DNA of 64,000 bases, from contig CAWJQQ010000008.1 in NCBI GenBank assembly GCA_963845065.1, positions 96,001 through 160,000 on the forward strand, given 5' to 3'. Source of the DNA: Nitrospirota bacterium (lineage in GTDB: Bacteria; Nitrospirota; UBA9217). The notes under the pieces are model-generated. The model was not told where the DNA came from and ran no database searches. It saw only the letters and a program-made list of their open reading frames with translations. Shown here piece by piece: positions 20,589 through 31,135 of this stretch (positions are counted from its first letter, which is position 1; each line of letters starts with the position of its first letter). Both the position numbers and the translations under genes were made by a program.

Positions 20589-21263
20589 TCAATACACCCG
20601 TGCCACGTAGATCACATGCCGCAACCCTCCTTTTCCCGGACGCAGGTGCTCCACAGAAAATCCTGCAGCAGCGAGCCGCTTTTCGAAGGCTGCATCGATG
20701 TTCTCTCCCCAAACGGCAAAAACACCACCTGGAGCAAGAGCCGCAGCCGTTGTCGTAAGCGCACGATTACCATAAAACGGATCATTCTTTGTATCTGTAG
20801 CAGAACCTGGGCCTTCATAGAGGTCGATAATGATCGCATCGAACTTCTGTGCTTCTTTATGAGCTGACCGAGCAATTACTTTAGCAACATCATCTATCAC
20901 GATAGTAACTCGCGGGTCTGAAGCAACGTTTTTGGTCAGTCCTGCAAGAGGGCCACGGCACCAACTGACCACAACCGGGTTGAGTTCAGCCACAATGAAC
21001 TGAGCTGATCCTGGCAAGGAGTCAAAGGCAGCGCGCAAGGTGAGCGCCATGCCCAAGCCGCCGATTAGCACCTGCGGTTTTTTGCGCGTAGCCACGAGCT
21101 TACATGCCTCCACTCCGAGTGCCATTTCCGACCGGCTCGAGCTGCTGTTCATGAGCACGCGGTTATTGACCATGATGAGGAAATCACGCTCGCCACGGCT
21201 GCGCAGTTCGAGGATCCCGTCCGAGGTGTCCGCTTTATCTATGGTTCGCCACGGCTGCGCCAT
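20589..21263 (-). CDS. Spermidine-synthase-like SAM-dependent methyltransferase
   Basis: LMNS..SE.ALG, VLIGGLGMA and FDAIIIDLYEGP motifs. Confidence 0.8.
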   Translation of the reverse strand: MAQPWRTIDKADTSDGILELRSRGERDFLIMVNNRVLMNSSSSRSEMALGVEACKLVATRKKPQVLIGGLGMALTLRAAFDSLPGSAQFIVAELNPVVVSWCRGPLAGLTKNVASDPRVTIVIDDVAKVIARSAHKEAQKFDAIIIDLYEGPGSATDTKNDPFYGNRALTTTAAALAPGGVFAVWGENIDAAFEKRLAAAGFSVEHLRPGKGGLRHVIYVARVY

Positions 21264-21309
21264 GTTTTTTCCTGTTTCCTGCTGGAGATTTTAATCCATG
21301 TCGTGCAAC

Positions 21310-23244
21310 TTACTCAACAGTCCTTAGTCCTTCAAAAAATTTTCTAAACTCCTCAGGCTCATCTGTTATCCTGCATTTCGGGATAGACTTTAAAAACCAC
21401 TTGCCATAGTTCTTGGTCATGATTCGTGAATCGAGCACTGCCACAGTACCCCGGTCGGTCTTCGTACGAATAAGCCTGCCGAAGCCCTGGCGGAAGAGGA
21501 GCGTTGCCTGCGGAACCTGGTATTCGAAGAAAGGGTTTTTGAGCCGTTCCATGCGGGCTTCGACGATCGGCTCGTCCGGCACGGCAAAAGGGAGTTTTGC
21601 TATTACGACGCATTGGAGCGCGTCGCCTGGAATGTCGATGCCCTGCCAGAACGAAGCGGTGCCCATGAGCACGGCAGTCTGAGAGTTCTTGAAATGTTCG
21701 ATCAGGCGGTATGCAGGCATCTCCCCTTGGCACAGGAAACTGAGTCCCGGCATTTCCTTTCGCAGGGTCTCGGCACTTTTTCGCAGCTGGCCGTAGCTCG
21801 TGAAGAGAACGAGCGTTCTTCCTTTCGTTACAGAAAGCACTGCCGCCAATTTTGAATCGAACCGCTCCTGGTAGCCGCTTGACTGCTGATCGTCGAGGCC
21901 CGTTGCGATATAGAGCAAGGCCTGCTTCTCGAAATCGAAGGGCGAGTCGAGTAATAACTCAGCCGGAGCGTCAAGGCCAAGTCTGTTTTTAATATAAGTA
22001 AAGGAGCCTGCTGCAGAGAGCGTAGCAGATGTGAGTATCACGGTGTCCGCTTTGCCGAAAAGGTTTTCACGCAGCATCTCGGCAACATCGATCGGCGATG
22101 CAACAAGACGGTACCGCATGTTCTCTCGCTCAGCCCAATAGACAAAGCCTTCCGCGCTCTGGTCCAGGTTGATCCGGACTGCTGATGCAAGGGTTTGTGC
22201 CCGCGCGGCAAAGGCCTTGACCTCAAGTTCCTCTTCCTGTGATTCCGCGGTGAGATTGAGGAGAGCATCCCGTACTTCCATGAGCGGTTCGCTTAAAATA
22301 TCGGGCACAAGGTTCGGCTTTCTGATTCGGAGGGCGGGCTCTTTGGAAAGAAAAGGATGGAGATTCAAAAAGAAGTTGTCCGAGATCAATCGGAGTCCGT
22401 CGACCATGCCGCGCAGCATCTGTATATCGGTATCCTGTGCCGTAAGGCGGGTGAGCAGTCCCTTACGAGTGCGTTGAGAGAGGAGAGTATCGAGTAGGAA
22501 CTTAATGGAAAAGTTCGTGACTTCGACGCCGAGGTAGTCAGTGGCGACGTCTTCGATCTGGTGTGCCTCGTCGAATACCACGGCCTTGTGTTGCGGGAGC
22601 ACGTTGCCACCCGTGGCCATATCGGCAAAGAAAAGGTGATGATTCGCCACGAGGACGTGGGACTGTTGTTCGATTGCCTTGGCCTTCTGGTAGAAACAAT
22701 CCTTATAATAGGAACATTCCTTGTTGAAGCAGAGATCAGCCTGGCGACAAGCCTTGGACCAGAGGCCCGTTGGCGGCTCGATGTCGAGTTCGCTCCGGAG
22801 CCCCGTTCGTGTCATCGTGGACCAGGCAAAGAGCCGGTTCAGGGGTTCAATCTCGTTCTGTTCGTAGAGATTACCGATACGAAGATAATCAAAGCGTCGG
22901 AGGCAGAGGTAGTTCTCGCCGCCAACGCAGAGAGCATACCGGAAATCGCCGAGAACGCTTTTGAGGAAGGGAAGGTCCTTGCTCACGAGTTGCTGCTGGA
23001 GCGCCTTGGTGTATGTGGCAACAACGACGCGGCAGTTCTCTTCTTGTGTCCAGAGGACAAGGGGGACGAGATAGGCTAGGCTCTTGCCGACCCCGGTGCC
23101 CGCCTCGACAATCAAATGCGACTTGTCACGGAGCGACTTCTCAACAGCAGATGCCATCTCAATTTGCTGGGGACGATGCTCGTAGGCCATGCGCATGGCC
23201 TGCGCAATCAATCCCGTTTCACCGAAGATCTTGAGTGCGTTCAT
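21310..23244 (-). CDS. dinG: DinG/YoaA-family ATP-dependent DNA helicase
   Basis: EAGTGVGKS, NYLC and Fe-S cysteines, DEAH, TSATL and QGFGRLIR motifs. Confidence 0.9.
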   Translation of the reverse strand: MNALKIFGETGLIAQAMRMAYEHRPQQIEMASAVEKSLRDKSHLIVEAGTGVGKSLAYLVPLVLWTQEENCRVVVATYTKALQQQLVSKDLPFLKSVLGDFRYALCVGGENYLCLRRFDYLRIGNLYEQNEIEPLNRLFAWSTMTRTGLRSELDIEPPTGLWSKACRQADLCFNKECSYYKDCFYQKAKAIEQQSHVLVANHHLFFADMATGGNVLPQHKAVVFDEAHQIEDVATDYLGVEVTNFSIKFLLDTLLSQRTRKGLLTRLTAQDTDIQMLRGMVDGLRLISDNFFLNLHPFLSKEPALRIRKPNLVPDILSEPLMEVRDALLNLTAESQEEELEVKAFAARAQTLASAVRINLDQSAEGFVYWAERENMRYRLVASPIDVAEMLRENLFGKADTVILTSATLSAAGSFTYIKNRLGLDAPAELLLDSPFDFEKQALLYIATGLDDQQSSGYQERFDSKLAAVLSVTKGRTLVLFTSYGQLRKSAETLRKEMPGLSFLCQGEMPAYRLIEHFKNSQTAVLMGTASFWQGIDIPGDALQCVVIAKLPFAVPDEPIVEARMERLKNPFFEYQVPQATLLFRQGFGRLIRTKTDRGTVAVLDSRIMTKNYGKWFLKSIPKCRITDEPEEFRKFFEGLRTVE

Positions 23245-23369
23245 CAGTTCGACAGATTAACACAGCGCCGGGGAAGTTGCAAATTCTACTTGTACAGCCC
23301 GGTTTTTTAGGGGTTTTCCCTGGCTTTCAGTTGCACTAATCTGCCTGATATGTTACTATATTAAGCTGT

Positions 23370-24392
23370 ATGCGCAATATTCTTCCATTCATTTTTCTCT
23401 GTTTCACCCTCATGATTTCGCCAGCGGGGGCGGCAGACAACGGACTGATAGTAAAAGCGGTACGCTCTTCCTCCTATGCCACGTTTACGCGCATTGTGTT
23501 CGACGTCGAGGCGGCGGCGCCTTATAACCTAACGCGATCACAGGACGGCAGGAGCGTGCTGCTGAGTTCTTACGAAGGTCAGTTCCTGCTCAAATCGCCG
23601 CTGCCCGTTGTCCATGATGGAGTGATCGCGGGCATTGAGGCACTCGAAGAGGGTGGCAGGAACTATGCTGCAATTCGCCTTGATGCTGCAGCCGGCAAGG
23701 TGAAAGACTTCACGCTCCGCGGGCCTGACCGGATTGTTATCGATGTCGCGAAGGGAACTGCTCCGCTTGCTCTTTCGCTGGCAGGGGACCGGCCGCTCGT
23801 CATTGTGATCGACCCGGGACACGGAGGTAAAGACGCTGGGCTCCTGACTGCCCAGGGGGTGGAGAAGACCTTTGATCTGGAGCTGTCCCTAATTGTCAGG
23901 AAACTGCTCCAAAAAAACGACCACCTGAAGGTCGTCCTGACGCGCGAGAAGGACCAGACACTTTCACTCGACGAGCGGGCCGCATTTGCCAATGCTGCTG
24001 GCGCCGCGATTTTTGTTGGTATTCACGGTGCGGCTGGAACGGAATCGCACGTCTATATGCAAGATATCTCCGGAGACATGGGCGAATTAGCGTTCCAAAC
24101 AAAGCCGGTAAGTGGAGATTTTCTCAGCTTTGAAAAAGGAAGCGAACAACAGGAACTGGTGTGGGGCATGCAGCAGGCTGCGCACATACAGGAAAGCGGT
24201 GGACTGGGGCAGCAGCTTGCTCGGCAAATCTCCGGCAGTAACAGCGCAGAGCCTGTGCAGGCGCCGCTCGCTGGCCTTAGGGCTGTGGATGCCGCGGCGG
24301 TAATGATCGAGATCGGGATGGACCAAGACCAAACGAAGGTTGCAGAGAGCATAGCTGGAGGCATCGAACTCTATGTCAGAGACGACCGATAG
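23370..24392 (+). CDS. N-acetylmuramoyl-L-alanine amidase (AMIN and Amidase_3 domains)
   Basis: Signal peptide; TRIVFD and PDRIVIDV; IDPGHGGKD, EK, LTR, IH and IE motifs. Confidence 0.85.
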   Translation: MRNILPFIFLCFTLMISPAGAADNGLIVKAVRSSSYATFTRIVFDVEAAAPYNLTRSQDGRSVLLSSYEGQFLLKSPLPVVHDGVIAGIEALEEGGRNYAAIRLDAAAGKVKDFTLRGPDRIVIDVAKGTAPLALSLAGDRPLVIVIDPGHGGKDAGLLTAQGVEKTFDLELSLIVRKLLQKNDHLKVVLTREKDQTLSLDERAAFANAAGAAIFVGIHGAAGTESHVYMQDISGDMGELAFQTKPVSGDFLSFEKGSEQQELVWGMQQAAHIQESGGLGQQLARQISGSNSAEPVQAPLAGLRAVDAAAVMIEIGMDQDQTKVAESIAGGIELYVRDDR

Positions 24393-24975
24393 GAGAATCA
24401 GGGACAACCGGATGCTGTTTATCCTGGTTCTTGGAATCTTCCTCGTTGCAATGGTCGGCGGCGGAGCTTACCTCTGGACAAGAACGCACGACCCGGATGG
24501 TGCGCGGAAATCGAACGGGGGGGGAACTCAATCCCTTGTGCAGCCCGCTTTCCAAAACGAGCCAATTACTATTACGGTCTATTATCCTGCGAATGGCATG
24601 CTTCTGGCTGGCACAGCATCGGTCAAGCGGCAGCCCGACACACAGGCACAGGCGCGGGAGACCCTTGCTGCAGCCTTAAGCGACCAGCGGGTGGCGCAAA
24701 CCGCGGTGTTTCGTGATATCAAACTCAAGGCATTTTACCTTGACGGCCAGGGAACGGCATATATTGACCTGATTCCGTTCCAGCACAGGGATATAAGTGC
24801 ATCGGCATGGGAAGAATTGCTGGCCATCTCAGCGATGGTAAACACGGTCATGCAAAATTTCGATGAGATCAAACAAGTCAGGTTCCTGATGGATGGCAGG
24901 GAAGCGCAGACACTCGCCGGCCATATAGACCTGTCACGACCGTACACGAAGAGGATGGACTTGGTCAAGCAATAG
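24373..24975 (+). CDS. GerMN-domain protein
   Basis: N-terminal TM; AYIDL, E.LAI.AMVNT and VRFLMDG..TLAGHIDL motifs; amidase-GerMN-murI order. Start may be 24412. Confidence 0.85.
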   Translation: MSETTDRRIRDNRMLFILVLGIFLVAMVGGGAYLWTRTHDPDGARKSNGGGTQSLVQPAFQNEPITITVYYPANGMLLAGTASVKRQPDTQAQARETLAAALSDQRVAQTAVFRDIKLKAFYLDGQGTAYIDLIPFQHRDISASAWEELLAISAMVNTVMQNFDEIKQVRFLMDGREAQTLAGHIDLSRPYTKRMDLVKQ

Positions 24976-24979
24976 CTGC

Positions 24980-25071
24980 AGTTTTGAGTTAATTTTGGCG
25001 AGCGATTTGATTTGGTGGTGTTACACACTTAACACTTTAAACTGAAGACTAAGAACTGAGAACTCATAACG
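24980..25071. repeat. Degenerate heptamer array with a short complementary arm
   Basis: AACACTT/TAAACTG/AAGACTA/AGAACTG/AGAACTC units, preceded by the complementary AGTTTTGAGTT. Confidence 0.55.
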
Positions 25072-25083
25072 TATTTTTAAACG

Positions 25084-25887
25084 ATGGAAAAAGCAATCGG
25101 CATATTTGATTCCGGCATCGGCGGGCTCACGGTGCTCAAAGAGATCGTGGCAAAACTGCCCGACGAGAACATTATTTACCTCGGAGACACTGCACGCGTT
25201 CCCTATGGCATCCGCTCTGCGGAAACGGTAACGCGCTACTGCTTTGAGAATACCCATTTCCTGCTTGCGCAGGAGATCAAGATGCTCGTCGTGGCTTGCA
25301 ACACGGCGACGGCCATCAGCCTCGATGCGGTGAAGAAGGAGTTCCCCCTGCCGATCATCGGCGTTCTCGAACCCGGCGCACGTGCCGCAGTCCGTGCTAC
25401 CAGGACGAAAAAGGTGGGTGTGATCGGCACCGAAGCCACGATCGGGAGCGGGGCTTATGAAAAAGCAATCAAAAAACTAGCTGCCGACGTGGACGTGTAC
25501 AGTCGGGCATGCCCGCTTTTTGTATCGCTTGCAGAAGAGGGCTGGACGGACAACGACGTGGCGGAATTGGTTGCGCGGAAATATCTTGCCTCCCTGCAAG
25601 GCACGGGCATCGATACCCTGGTGCTGGGCTGCACCCATTACCCTTTACTCAAGAAGGTTATCAGCCAAGCCGTTGGCTCCGAAATTACGCTTATCGATTC
25701 CGCGACCGAAACGGCAAAAGAAGTGGCCGACGTGCTCGAAAAGCTGAAATGGCGGGGAGACGGAAAAGGCGAAGGTATCCGGAAATATTACGTTACCGAC
25801 ACGCCCGTTCGTTTTGAAAAAATCGGCAAGTTGTTCCTCGGCGATTCGCTCCTTCGCGCTGAGCAGGTGAAGGTCGGTGGAATGTAG
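25084..25887 (+). CDS. murI: Glutamate racemase
   Basis: FDSGIGG, PYG, VACNT and LGCTHYP motifs. Confidence 0.97.
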   Translation: MEKAIGIFDSGIGGLTVLKEIVAKLPDENIIYLGDTARVPYGIRSAETVTRYCFENTHFLLAQEIKMLVVACNTATAISLDAVKKEFPLPIIGVLEPGARAAVRATRTKKVGVIGTEATIGSGAYEKAIKKLAADVDVYSRACPLFVSLAEEGWTDNDVAELVARKYLASLQGTGIDTLVLGCTHYPLLKKVISQAVGSEITLIDSATETAKEVADVLEKLKWRGDGKGEGIRKYYVTDTPVRFEKIGKLFLGDSLLRAEQVKVGGM

Positions 25888-26121
25888 TTTGCTAGGCATG
25901 GATCGAATCTGGCCACATGATGATAGAAAGAATGGTTGGTTAAACCGCAGAGTCATACCTGATGCAACGATTCAGGAAGAGTTCCGGAGTGGGGAAAATC
26001 CGCTTCTCTTCAGAATGAATTTTTCTGGATTCTATGCTTCCTTAGCGGATTTATGCCTTTTAACAATGCATCGTGCAACTACATCCATTTTTTTGATTTG
26101 ACGGATGCATGAGGTGTATTC

Positions 26122-26982
26122 ATGAAAAAAGATTGTGAGCGGACCAGGAGAGTGTTTCCTCGATACTTGCGCGGCCATGTATTCCGGCTCGAACGTATAA
26201 GAATCGAGCGCCACTTGGCCGGGTGTGTGATCTGCAGGTCAGAGTTCGAAGGGCTCAGACGCGCTGATGAGACGCGTCGGATCCTCAAGGATATTGACAT
26301 TTGCAAGGGTCTTGCCCAGCGAGCGAAAGAAGGCGTCGTCTCGCTGTCGAGGATGAAAAAGGTTTTTTACCGGCCACTTTGGCTCGCGGCGATTGCACTG
26401 GCGTCGGTAGGCGTTTATTATTATATCGTGACGCCGCGTCAGCTTGATCTTGAAATAGATAAGATCGTGAAGACTGAACCGACAACGACGCCGGCCATTT
26501 CACCAGCGGAAGTGAAAACAGATACTGGCATGTCGATAAAGCCGGCTGTCAACAGGCAGGTAACGCAGGCTCCATCCGCACCGGTTGCTGCGCCACTTGT
26601 CGTGAAAATTATTCCCGACAATGAGAATGCGGCTGTCCGGCAGATTAACGAAGTCCTGACCGGACAGGGGCAGCTTCGCGAAAAGAAATTCAGCGAGACT
26701 GTCCGGATCGTGTCCAGCAGCCTGACGGCCGGAGAACTTGAAATTTTTATTGACAAGATCGAACCGGTAGCACGGGTCAGTTTCAATCGTAAACGGCTCG
26801 AAACGACTCCAAGCACCCAGTCAATTCCGTTTACGTTAAAGCTACTGGCCGCACCAAAAACGGTTGAACAACATCCTCCATCCGCCATGCCGGCCCAGAT
26901 GCCTGTACCGACACAGGCACCCAGCGGGACAGCGATGCCTGCTGAGCCTGCAACAAGCCCCACAACCTCATCCGCGGAATGA
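26122..26982 (+). CDS. zf-HC2 (anti-sigma-like) membrane protein
   Basis: N-terminal C..HLAGCVIC, one TM segment, Pro/Thr-rich linkers. Confidence 0.7.
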   Translation: MKKDCERTRRVFPRYLRGHVFRLERIRIERHLAGCVICRSEFEGLRRADETRRILKDIDICKGLAQRAKEGVVSLSRMKKVFYRPLWLAAIALASVGVYYYIVTPRQLDLEIDKIVKTEPTTTPAISPAEVKTDTGMSIKPAVNRQVTQAPSAPVAAPLVVKIIPDNENAAVRQINEVLTGQGQLREKKFSETVRIVSSSLTAGELEIFIDKIEPVARVSFNRKRLETTPSTQSIPFTLKLLAAPKTVEQHPPSAMPAQMPVPTQAPSGTAMPAEPATSPTTSSAE

Positions 26983-27050
26983 CGGTCGGGGAAGCAATCT
27001 CTTTCAAAACAGAAGGCTAAATCAGATTGAGAAACGGATGATAATTAAAT

Positions 27051-28400
27051 ATGTCTCTTGACAGATCATACCAGGAAACAATTAACTATCTCTTTGCTCT
27101 CCAGAAGCACGGCGTGAAGCTTGCACTGGCCAACAGCATTACGCTAATGGAGATCATGGGCAGTCCCCATCGGAAATTTCGGACCGTTCATGTCGCGGGG
27201 ACGAACGGGAAAGGATCGACATCGGCATGCATCGCGAGCATTCTTCAGATGGCCGGATATCGTGTGGGTCTATACACCTCTCCTCATCTCGTGAGTTTTA
27301 CCGAACGGATCAGGATCAACGGCAAGGCCATTTCCGAGGCCGAAGTCGTTGAACTGGCTCGGTCGGTGCGAGATGCCTATCGCGGTCTGAAGAGTCCTGA
27401 CGCGTTCGGAGAAATGATCCCGACGTTCTTCGAAGTGACGACAGCTATTGCATTCCGGTATTTTGCTGATCAAGCAGTCGACCTAGCGGTGATCGAAGTG
27501 GGAATGGGCGGCCGACTCGACTCGACGAACGTGATCATGCCACTCGTATCGGTGATCACAAACATCGACCTTGAGCACACTGAGTTTCTTGGCACGGCGC
27601 TAGAGCAGATTGCCGGAGAAAAAGCGGGCATCATTAAACCCTCAGTGCCGCTGGTGACCGGCGCGAAGCAGCCCGAGGTGATCAACCTATTCGAGCGCGA
27701 AGCTTTGGCAAAAGGTGCCCCGTTGTTTCGATTGCAAAAGGATTTCAGGCCCGAGAACTGCGCTCCAGGAGTCAGCCAAGTCTTCGATTACCGAGGATTA
27801 ACATCCGACTATGCGAGCCTGCGCCTGAATTTAATCGGCCGATACCAGGTGGACAATGCCTGTCTTGCACTTGCCGCGATCGAGTGCCTCAGGGATGCTG
27901 GCATTGCCGTAAGCGAGTCCGCTTTGCGGTCCGGACTTGAGCAGGCGCGTTGGGAAGGACGAATGGAACGGGTCGCGCGGCGGCCTGATATCTATCTCGA
28001 CGGAGCCCATAACCCTGCTTCGGCGCGAGCTCTTGCCGGGACTATCGCCGAATTAAAACAGTCACATCACCAGCTTGTGCTCGTCATCGGCATACTTGGT
28101 GACAAGGATTACCACGGCATCCTTGCCGAACTCCTACCGCTTGCGGATCACGTAGTGGTTACGAAGCCACAGTATTCACGCGCCTTGGATATCGGCGTGC
28201 TAACAAGAGAGGTTCGGAATCTGCATGCTTCTGTCGACGCTGCGGAAACTGTGGGAGAGGCGATAGAACGGTCGCGTGAGAGGTCTTCGTCTGATGATCT
28301 TATACTCGTTACTGGATCCCTTTATGTCGTCGGCGACGCGAAGGCCTTTATTTTACCGGATAGGGGAATGACAGGGGCTTTAACGAGTCTGAAAGGTTGA
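27051..28400 (+). CDS. folC: Folylpolyglutamate synthase / dihydrofolate synthase
   Basis: HVAGTNGKGS, YTSPHL, EVGMGGRLDSTN, DGAHN and TGSLY motifs. Confidence 0.96.
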   Translation: MSLDRSYQETINYLFALQKHGVKLALANSITLMEIMGSPHRKFRTVHVAGTNGKGSTSACIASILQMAGYRVGLYTSPHLVSFTERIRINGKAISEAEVVELARSVRDAYRGLKSPDAFGEMIPTFFEVTTAIAFRYFADQAVDLAVIEVGMGGRLDSTNVIMPLVSVITNIDLEHTEFLGTALEQIAGEKAGIIKPSVPLVTGAKQPEVINLFEREALAKGAPLFRLQKDFRPENCAPGVSQVFDYRGLTSDYASLRLNLIGRYQVDNACLALAAIECLRDAGIAVSESALRSGLEQARWEGRMERVARRPDIYLDGAHNPASARALAGTIAELKQSHHQLVLVIGILGDKDYHGILAELLPLADHVVVTKPQYSRALDIGVLTREVRNLHASVDAAETVGEAIERSRERSSSDDLILVTGSLYVVGDAKAFILPDRGMTGALTSLKG

Positions 28401-28464
28401 GATCTCGGGCAATTTGCAATGCGGGGTGTGGAATGCGGAACGACACGCTGAAGGACCGATCGGG

Positions 28465-30498
28465 ATGAAGAGGACAAGCATTGCAGCGGTCGTCATTGCC
28501 TTGGGTCTTCTCTCCGGCCTTTTGCTTACCGGAGCGGCCCGCCACGCGCAGGCCCAAGATGTCCCGAAGAAAGTTCCTGTAACGGTTACGGCAGACAAAC
28601 TTGATTATGACCGTACAAGCGACGTGTATATTGCCGTGGGACACGTGAAGATCGATCAAGAGGGCATCCATCTCGAGGCGGACAAAGTCATACTGAACAA
28701 TAGAACAGGTCAGGCCGACGCTGAGGGCAACGTTTATCTGCAGGATGCCGGAAACGTTGTCCATGCCGAGAGCTTGAAGGTCAACCTAAACACCGATGCG
28801 GGAATCATCAAGAAGGGCGATCTGTTCATGAAGAAAGACAACTTTCATGTGAAGGGGGATGTGATAGAACGGCGGTCGGAAACCACTTACCACATCGAGA
28901 ATGGCCGGTTTACGACCTGCGACGAGAACGAGTGGTTTCTCAAGGCCGATGTGATGGATATCGACATGACACGGTATGCAACGGGCAGCGGTGTAACGTT
29001 TAATGTAGACGGCAGGCCGGTTTTTTACACGCCATATTTTCTCTTTCCCGTACGTAGACAGTCAGGCTTTCTGATCCCCATGCCGGGATATGACAGTCAA
29101 CAAGGGTTTTTTATCGAAAACGCATTCTTTTGGGCCATCTCCGACTACAAGGACATGACGATCTCTTCCGATTACCGTTCGCGGGTAGGAAACGGCACCG
29201 GTATCGATTATCGATACAACAACTCCCGTGAATCCATGGGTGAGGTAAATGCCAAGATCTGGAACATTTACGACAACAGCACTATAAGGTGGGAATTCCA
29301 GTTCAAGCACCAAGAAGAGTTTGCAGATGACCTCTCGTTTAGGGCCAACATCAATCTCGTGAGCGATTACCAGTACTACTATGAACTCGATCAAAGACTA
29401 GAAATGAAATCTTTGCCCTACATCGATTCGAATGCTTTTTACGTCGAGCGGTGGAATACGGAATCTCTCTATCTTCTCGGCCAGTATTCGACAGATCTCA
29501 CGCAGTCGAATGACAAAACCGTCCAAAAACTGCCGGAACTTAGGTACACCATTTATGAAGAAACGCTTGGCGGTCCGGTCCATGTAAACTTCGAAGGGTC
29601 GGCTACGAATTTCGTGATGCAGAGCGGAGACGGTACCAGGCGCGTGGATTTTAATCCGGAACTCACCGCACCGTTCGGTAGCCATGGCTTGAACCTGACG
29701 CCACGGGCAGGCGTGCGGGCGACGTTTTATGATGAGAGCTTGTCCTCGACCGGACCAAGCGAACGGAAATTTGCTTATTGGGGTATGGACCTTAACGCGC
29801 GTGTCTCTCGGATATTCGGGACGGACGGGGAATCCGGTCTTGGCCAGATAAGGCATTCGATCGAGCCTACGGTCTCCTATACCTATATCCCGCATATCAA
29901 TCAAGCCAATATTCCCCAGTTCGACACTGTAGACACTGTGACGTCGATGAACACAACCACAGTCTCGCTGACCAATCGTCTGACCGCCCATTACCGAGAG
30001 TCGAAGGACTCGCCGACTACGACCTTCGATATGATGGTTATGAAACTCTCGCAGGCCTATAACCTGAGCGCGTTGCAAGTTCAGAACGGCCATATACGGT
30101 CCGATGTACTCGGAGAGTTGTACTTCAAAACTCCGAAACTATTTTCGGCCACGGCAAACGCAGATTACAACACATATGAACATGAGATGTCGTCGCACAG
30201 CGTGGGTGTCGCACTCGCGACAGATCGATTTTCGTTGAACCTTTCCGAACAATATTTGCTGGAACCGGAAACCCAGTCTCTGATCGGCGGAGGACTCCTT
30301 CATCTCGGCAGATGGGACCTGGGCGCACAGTTAGCGCGAGATATGGTACACAATTTGAATACTCAAGTGCTTTACACCGTAAATTACTCATCACAATGCT
30401 GGGGAATCAAGACGGCGTATACGATCTCGCCGGGAGATTCGCGGTTCACGATGCTGCTGGAGCTCAAAGGGATGGGTGGATATCAAGGCAAAAAATAG
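28465..30498 (+). CDS. lptD: LPS-assembly protein LptD
   Basis: Signal peptide; N-terminal OstA-like region (ADKLDY, FTTC); RQSGFLIP, QKLPEL, HSIEP and YSSQCW motifs. Confidence 0.88.
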   Translation: MKRTSIAAVVIALGLLSGLLLTGAARHAQAQDVPKKVPVTVTADKLDYDRTSDVYIAVGHVKIDQEGIHLEADKVILNNRTGQADAEGNVYLQDAGNVVHAESLKVNLNTDAGIIKKGDLFMKKDNFHVKGDVIERRSETTYHIENGRFTTCDENEWFLKADVMDIDMTRYATGSGVTFNVDGRPVFYTPYFLFPVRRQSGFLIPMPGYDSQQGFFIENAFFWAISDYKDMTISSDYRSRVGNGTGIDYRYNNSRESMGEVNAKIWNIYDNSTIRWEFQFKHQEEFADDLSFRANINLVSDYQYYYELDQRLEMKSLPYIDSNAFYVERWNTESLYLLGQYSTDLTQSNDKTVQKLPELRYTIYEETLGGPVHVNFEGSATNFVMQSGDGTRRVDFNPELTAPFGSHGLNLTPRAGVRATFYDESLSSTGPSERKFAYWGMDLNARVSRIFGTDGESGLGQIRHSIEPTVSYTYIPHINQANIPQFDTVDTVTSMNTTTVSLTNRLTAHYRESKDSPTTTFDMMVMKLSQAYNLSALQVQNGHIRSDVLGELYFKTPKLFSATANADYNTYEHEMSSHSVGVALATDRFSLNLSEQYLLEPETQSLIGGGLLHLGRWDLGAQLARDMVHNLNTQVLYTVNYSSQCWGIKTAYTISPGDSRFTMLLELKGMGGYQGKK

Positions 30499-30512
30499 AC
30501 AAGGAGGCGGTA

Positions 30513-30833
30513 ATGGCCGATGAAATCATTGTGCTTATCACGGCAGCATCAAAGGACGAGGCCGCCCGCATCGGAACTGCGCTCGTGAACGAGCATATCG
30601 CCGCCTGCGTAAATATCTTGCCACAGATCCGTTCCCTGTTCTTCTGGGAAGGAAAGACACAGGACCATGGCGAAACGCTAATTATCGTAAAGAGCAGACT
30701 ATCGCTGCTAAATCGCATCATCGGGCGGGTAAAAGAACTCCATTCCTATACTGTGCCCGAGGTGATCGCAATTCCTGTCATCGGCGGTTCCTTGGACTAC
30801 CTTCGCTGGCTTAATGATTCGACGCAGGGATAA
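30513..30833 (+). CDS. cutA: Divalent-cation tolerance protein CutA
   Basis: AACVNI, FWEGK and HSYTVPEVIA motifs; AGGAGG RBS. Confidence 0.93.
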   Translation: MADEIIVLITAASKDEAARIGTALVNEHIAACVNILPQIRSLFFWEGKTQDHGETLIIVKSRLSLLNRIIGRVKELHSYTVPEVIAIPVIGGSLDYLRWLNDSTQG

Positions 30834-30986
30834 ATCACAATGCTTTTTGATACCATCCCTATAAAAATTCATTATAAAGATATTCCTCTTAAGTGGAACG
30901 GCGAATGCTTAAAAGATCGAAATACCTAATGCTTTAAAATAAATCCTATACGCGATGAATTGATGAATTTCTGATGTTGAGTTAAT

Positions 30987-31033
30987 TTACATTATATGGT
31001 CACCGATGAAGACATTACCACTATATCTTGTGT
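30987..31033. promoter_or_regulatory. Tandem NrdR-box-like sites
   Basis: TTACATTATATGGTCA (30987) and CCACTATATCTTGTGT (31018) resemble acaCwAtATaTwGtgt and are 31 bp apart. Confidence 0.55.
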
Positions 31034-31135
31034 TGTGTTCATTTTGCACAGGTATGTATAAAGTAATAAATCCTTGACTTTTATTCACCCTTTGTGTTAC
31101 TTTTGTTGGTAAGATGTACCTTATTCGGGGGAACG

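Noticed and set aside
29398..30093. Long antisense ORFs (also 44755-45486 and 59104-59841)
   Set aside because: Shadow frames opposite well-supported genes, with no motifs of their own.
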